Source of the DNA: Prescottella agglutinans | GTDB taxonomy: Bacteria > Actinomycetota > Actinomycetes > Mycobacteriales > Mycobacteriaceae | Reading direction: 5' to 3' | Assembly: GCF_004011865.1 (NCBI RefSeq) | Contig: NZ_RKLP01000014.1 | Span: forward strand, 33,226 to 57,225 | Length of the DNA: 24,000 bases | In this document: positions 22,751 to 24,000 of the stretch, piece by piece | Position numbering within the stretch: position 1 is the stretch's first letter | How the letters are laid out: the number at the start of each line of letters is the position of its first letter | Program-made: the position numbers and the translations under genes | The notes under the pieces: generated by a model | The model's input: the letters and a program-made list of their open reading frames with translations, nothing else | Told to the model about the DNA's origin: nothing | Database searches by the model: none

Positions 22751-24000
22751 CTACTTCGGGGCCAACAGACCCGCAACCGCATCGAGCACGCGGCTGGCCA
22801 TCAGCGACTTCGAACCCGGTTCGATCGCCGATTCGGTGCCGTCGGCCCCGAGGAGCCAACCATCGTTGTGGTCCACCTCGAACGCCTTGCCGTCACCGAC
22901 CGCATTCACGACGAGAAGATCACAACCCTTGCGCGCCAATTTCGTTCGCGCATGGTCGAGGACACTTCCCGACTCGTCACCCGTCTCGGCCGCGAATCCC
23001 ACGATCGCGGTGCCGGGAGCGAGAGTGCCGTCCCGCCGAGCCTGCACGAGACCGGCGAGAATGTCATCGTTTTTGATCAACGGAATCGAGTTCGGCTCGT
23101 CCGCGCCCTTCTTGATCTTGCTCGTCGCGACGGTGGCGGGCCGGAAGTCCGCAACGGCGGCCGACATGATCACCACATCGGCGTCGACGGCGTGCTTCAT
23201 GACCGCCTCGCGCATCTGCTCGGCGGTGCGGACGTTCACGACGTCGACTGCGGCCGGATCGGCCAGTTCGGCGGTCGCGCCGGCGACCAGCGTCACCTCG
23301 GCACCGCGCTGCGCGGCCAGGCGCGCGATCGCGTACCCCTGCTTGCCGGAACTACGGTTGCCCAGGTAGCGAACCGGGTCGAGCGGCTCACGGGTTCCGC
23401 CCGCCGACACGACCAGGCGTCGGCCCTCGAGGTCGCGCGGCAGCGCCGACGGCCGCTCCAACAGGAGCGAGGCGAGCGCGAAGATCTCCTCCGGCTCGGG
23501 CATCCGGCCGGCGCCGGTGTCCTTGCCGGTCAACCGGCCCGACGCCGGCTCGATGACGATGTTGCCGCGGGCGCGCAGCGTCGCGACGTTGGCGACGGTG
23601 GCAGGGTGCTCCCACATCTCGGTGTGCATCGCGGGGGCGAACACAACCGGACAACGCGCCGTCAGGAGCGTGGCGGTCAGCAGGTCGTCCGCCCGCCCGG
23701 CCACCGCACGAGCCATGAGGTCTGCGGTGGCGGGGGCGGTGACGACCAGGTCCGCTTCCTGCCCGAGACGCACGTGCGCGACCTCCGGCACGTCCGCGAA
23801 CACGCCAGTCTGCACCGGATTGCCGGACAGGGCCTCGAACGTGGCCCGGCCGACGAACTGCAGTGCGGACTCGGTGGGGATCACCCGGACGCGGTGACCG
23901 TTCTCGGTGAAGCTGCGGACCAGCGCGCAGCTCTTGTACGCGGCGATACCGCCGCCGACGCCGACGACGATCCGCTTGGGTCCCGCCGAATCGGATTCCC
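22751..24000 (-). CDS. coaBC: Bifunctional phosphopantothenoylcysteine decarboxylase / phosphopantothenate--cysteine ligase (5' end beyond the right window edge)
   Basis: The track lists only 22751..23884, from an internal Met. The frame stays open to the window end, reading ...[45 protein letters not shown] (flavoprotein CoaC domain). Then [31 protein letters not shown] and AAVADFRP mark the CoaB ligase domain. No start codon is visible in the window. Confidence 0.92.
   Translation of the reverse strand, partial: ESDSAGPKRIVVGVGGGIAAYKSCALVRSFTENGHRVRVIPTESALQFVGRATFEALSGNPVQTGVFADVPEVAHVRLGQEADLVVTAPATADLMARAVAGRADDLLTATLLTARCPVVFAPAMHTEMWEHPATVANVATLRARGNIVIEPASGRLTGKDTGAGRMPEPEEIFALASLLLERPSALPRDLEGRRLVVSAGGTREPLDPVRYLGNRSSGKQGYAIARLAAQRGAEVTLVAGATAELADPAAVDVVNVRTAEQMREAVMKHAVDADVVIMSAAVADFRPATVATSKIKKGADEPNSIPLIKNDDILAGLVQARRDGTLAPGTAIVGFAAETGDESGSVLDHARTKLARKGCDLLVVNAVGDGKAFEVDHNDGWLLGADGTESAIEPGSKSLMASRVLDAVAGLLAPK

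Noticed and set aside
1-24000. Search for tRNA or rRNA genes, CRISPR arrays, IS elements, integrases, toxin-antitoxin pairs and known defence-system genes.
   Set aside because: I found no repeat-spacer periodicity, no tRNA-like T-arm (GGTTCGAAT-type) motifs in intergenic regions, and no ORFs with transposase, integrase, nuclease-ATPase or defence-type signatures.

Overview
This is a high-GC actinobacterial chromosome segment. An MspA-family porin and the gene order coaBC-metK-priA ... fmt point to a mycolic-acid-containing Corynebacteriales genome (Rhodococcus, Nocardia, Gordonia or Mycolicibacterium-like); that taxon call is an inference. Both window edges are conserved housekeeping genes on the minus strand: fmt (partial) on the left, and priA, metK and coaBC (partial) on the right. 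About 19 kb of accessory DNA lies between them, with no integrase, transposase, tRNA, rRNA or CRISPR array that I could see. It contains four parts. (1) A membrane-anchored alpha/beta hydrolase and a divergent small ORF. (2) A co-directional plus-strand cluster (3024-12982) that looks like a synthase-dependent amino-sugar exopolysaccharide system. Its genes are a nucleotide-sugar dehydrogenase, an SDR epimerase, a GH18-like hydrolase, a GlmS paralog, a CE4 deacetylase with a carbohydrate-binding-like domain, an unrecognised lipoprotein, a processive membrane GT2 synthase and an MspA-family porin. A perfect 15-bp bidirectional terminator hairpin closes it. (3) A GAF-ANTAR RNA-binding regulator and a secreted lipase on the minus strand. 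(4) A Mg2+ module: corA, then a clear M-box (ykoK-type) riboswitch, then mgtC. An EthD-like fragment and a DUF1254/DUF1214 protein follow. The most interesting hypothesis is that the polysaccharide synthase locus uses the adjacent MspA-type porin, and possibly the lipoprotein, to move a polymer across the mycomembrane. All functional calls come from motif recognition by eye; no searches were run.
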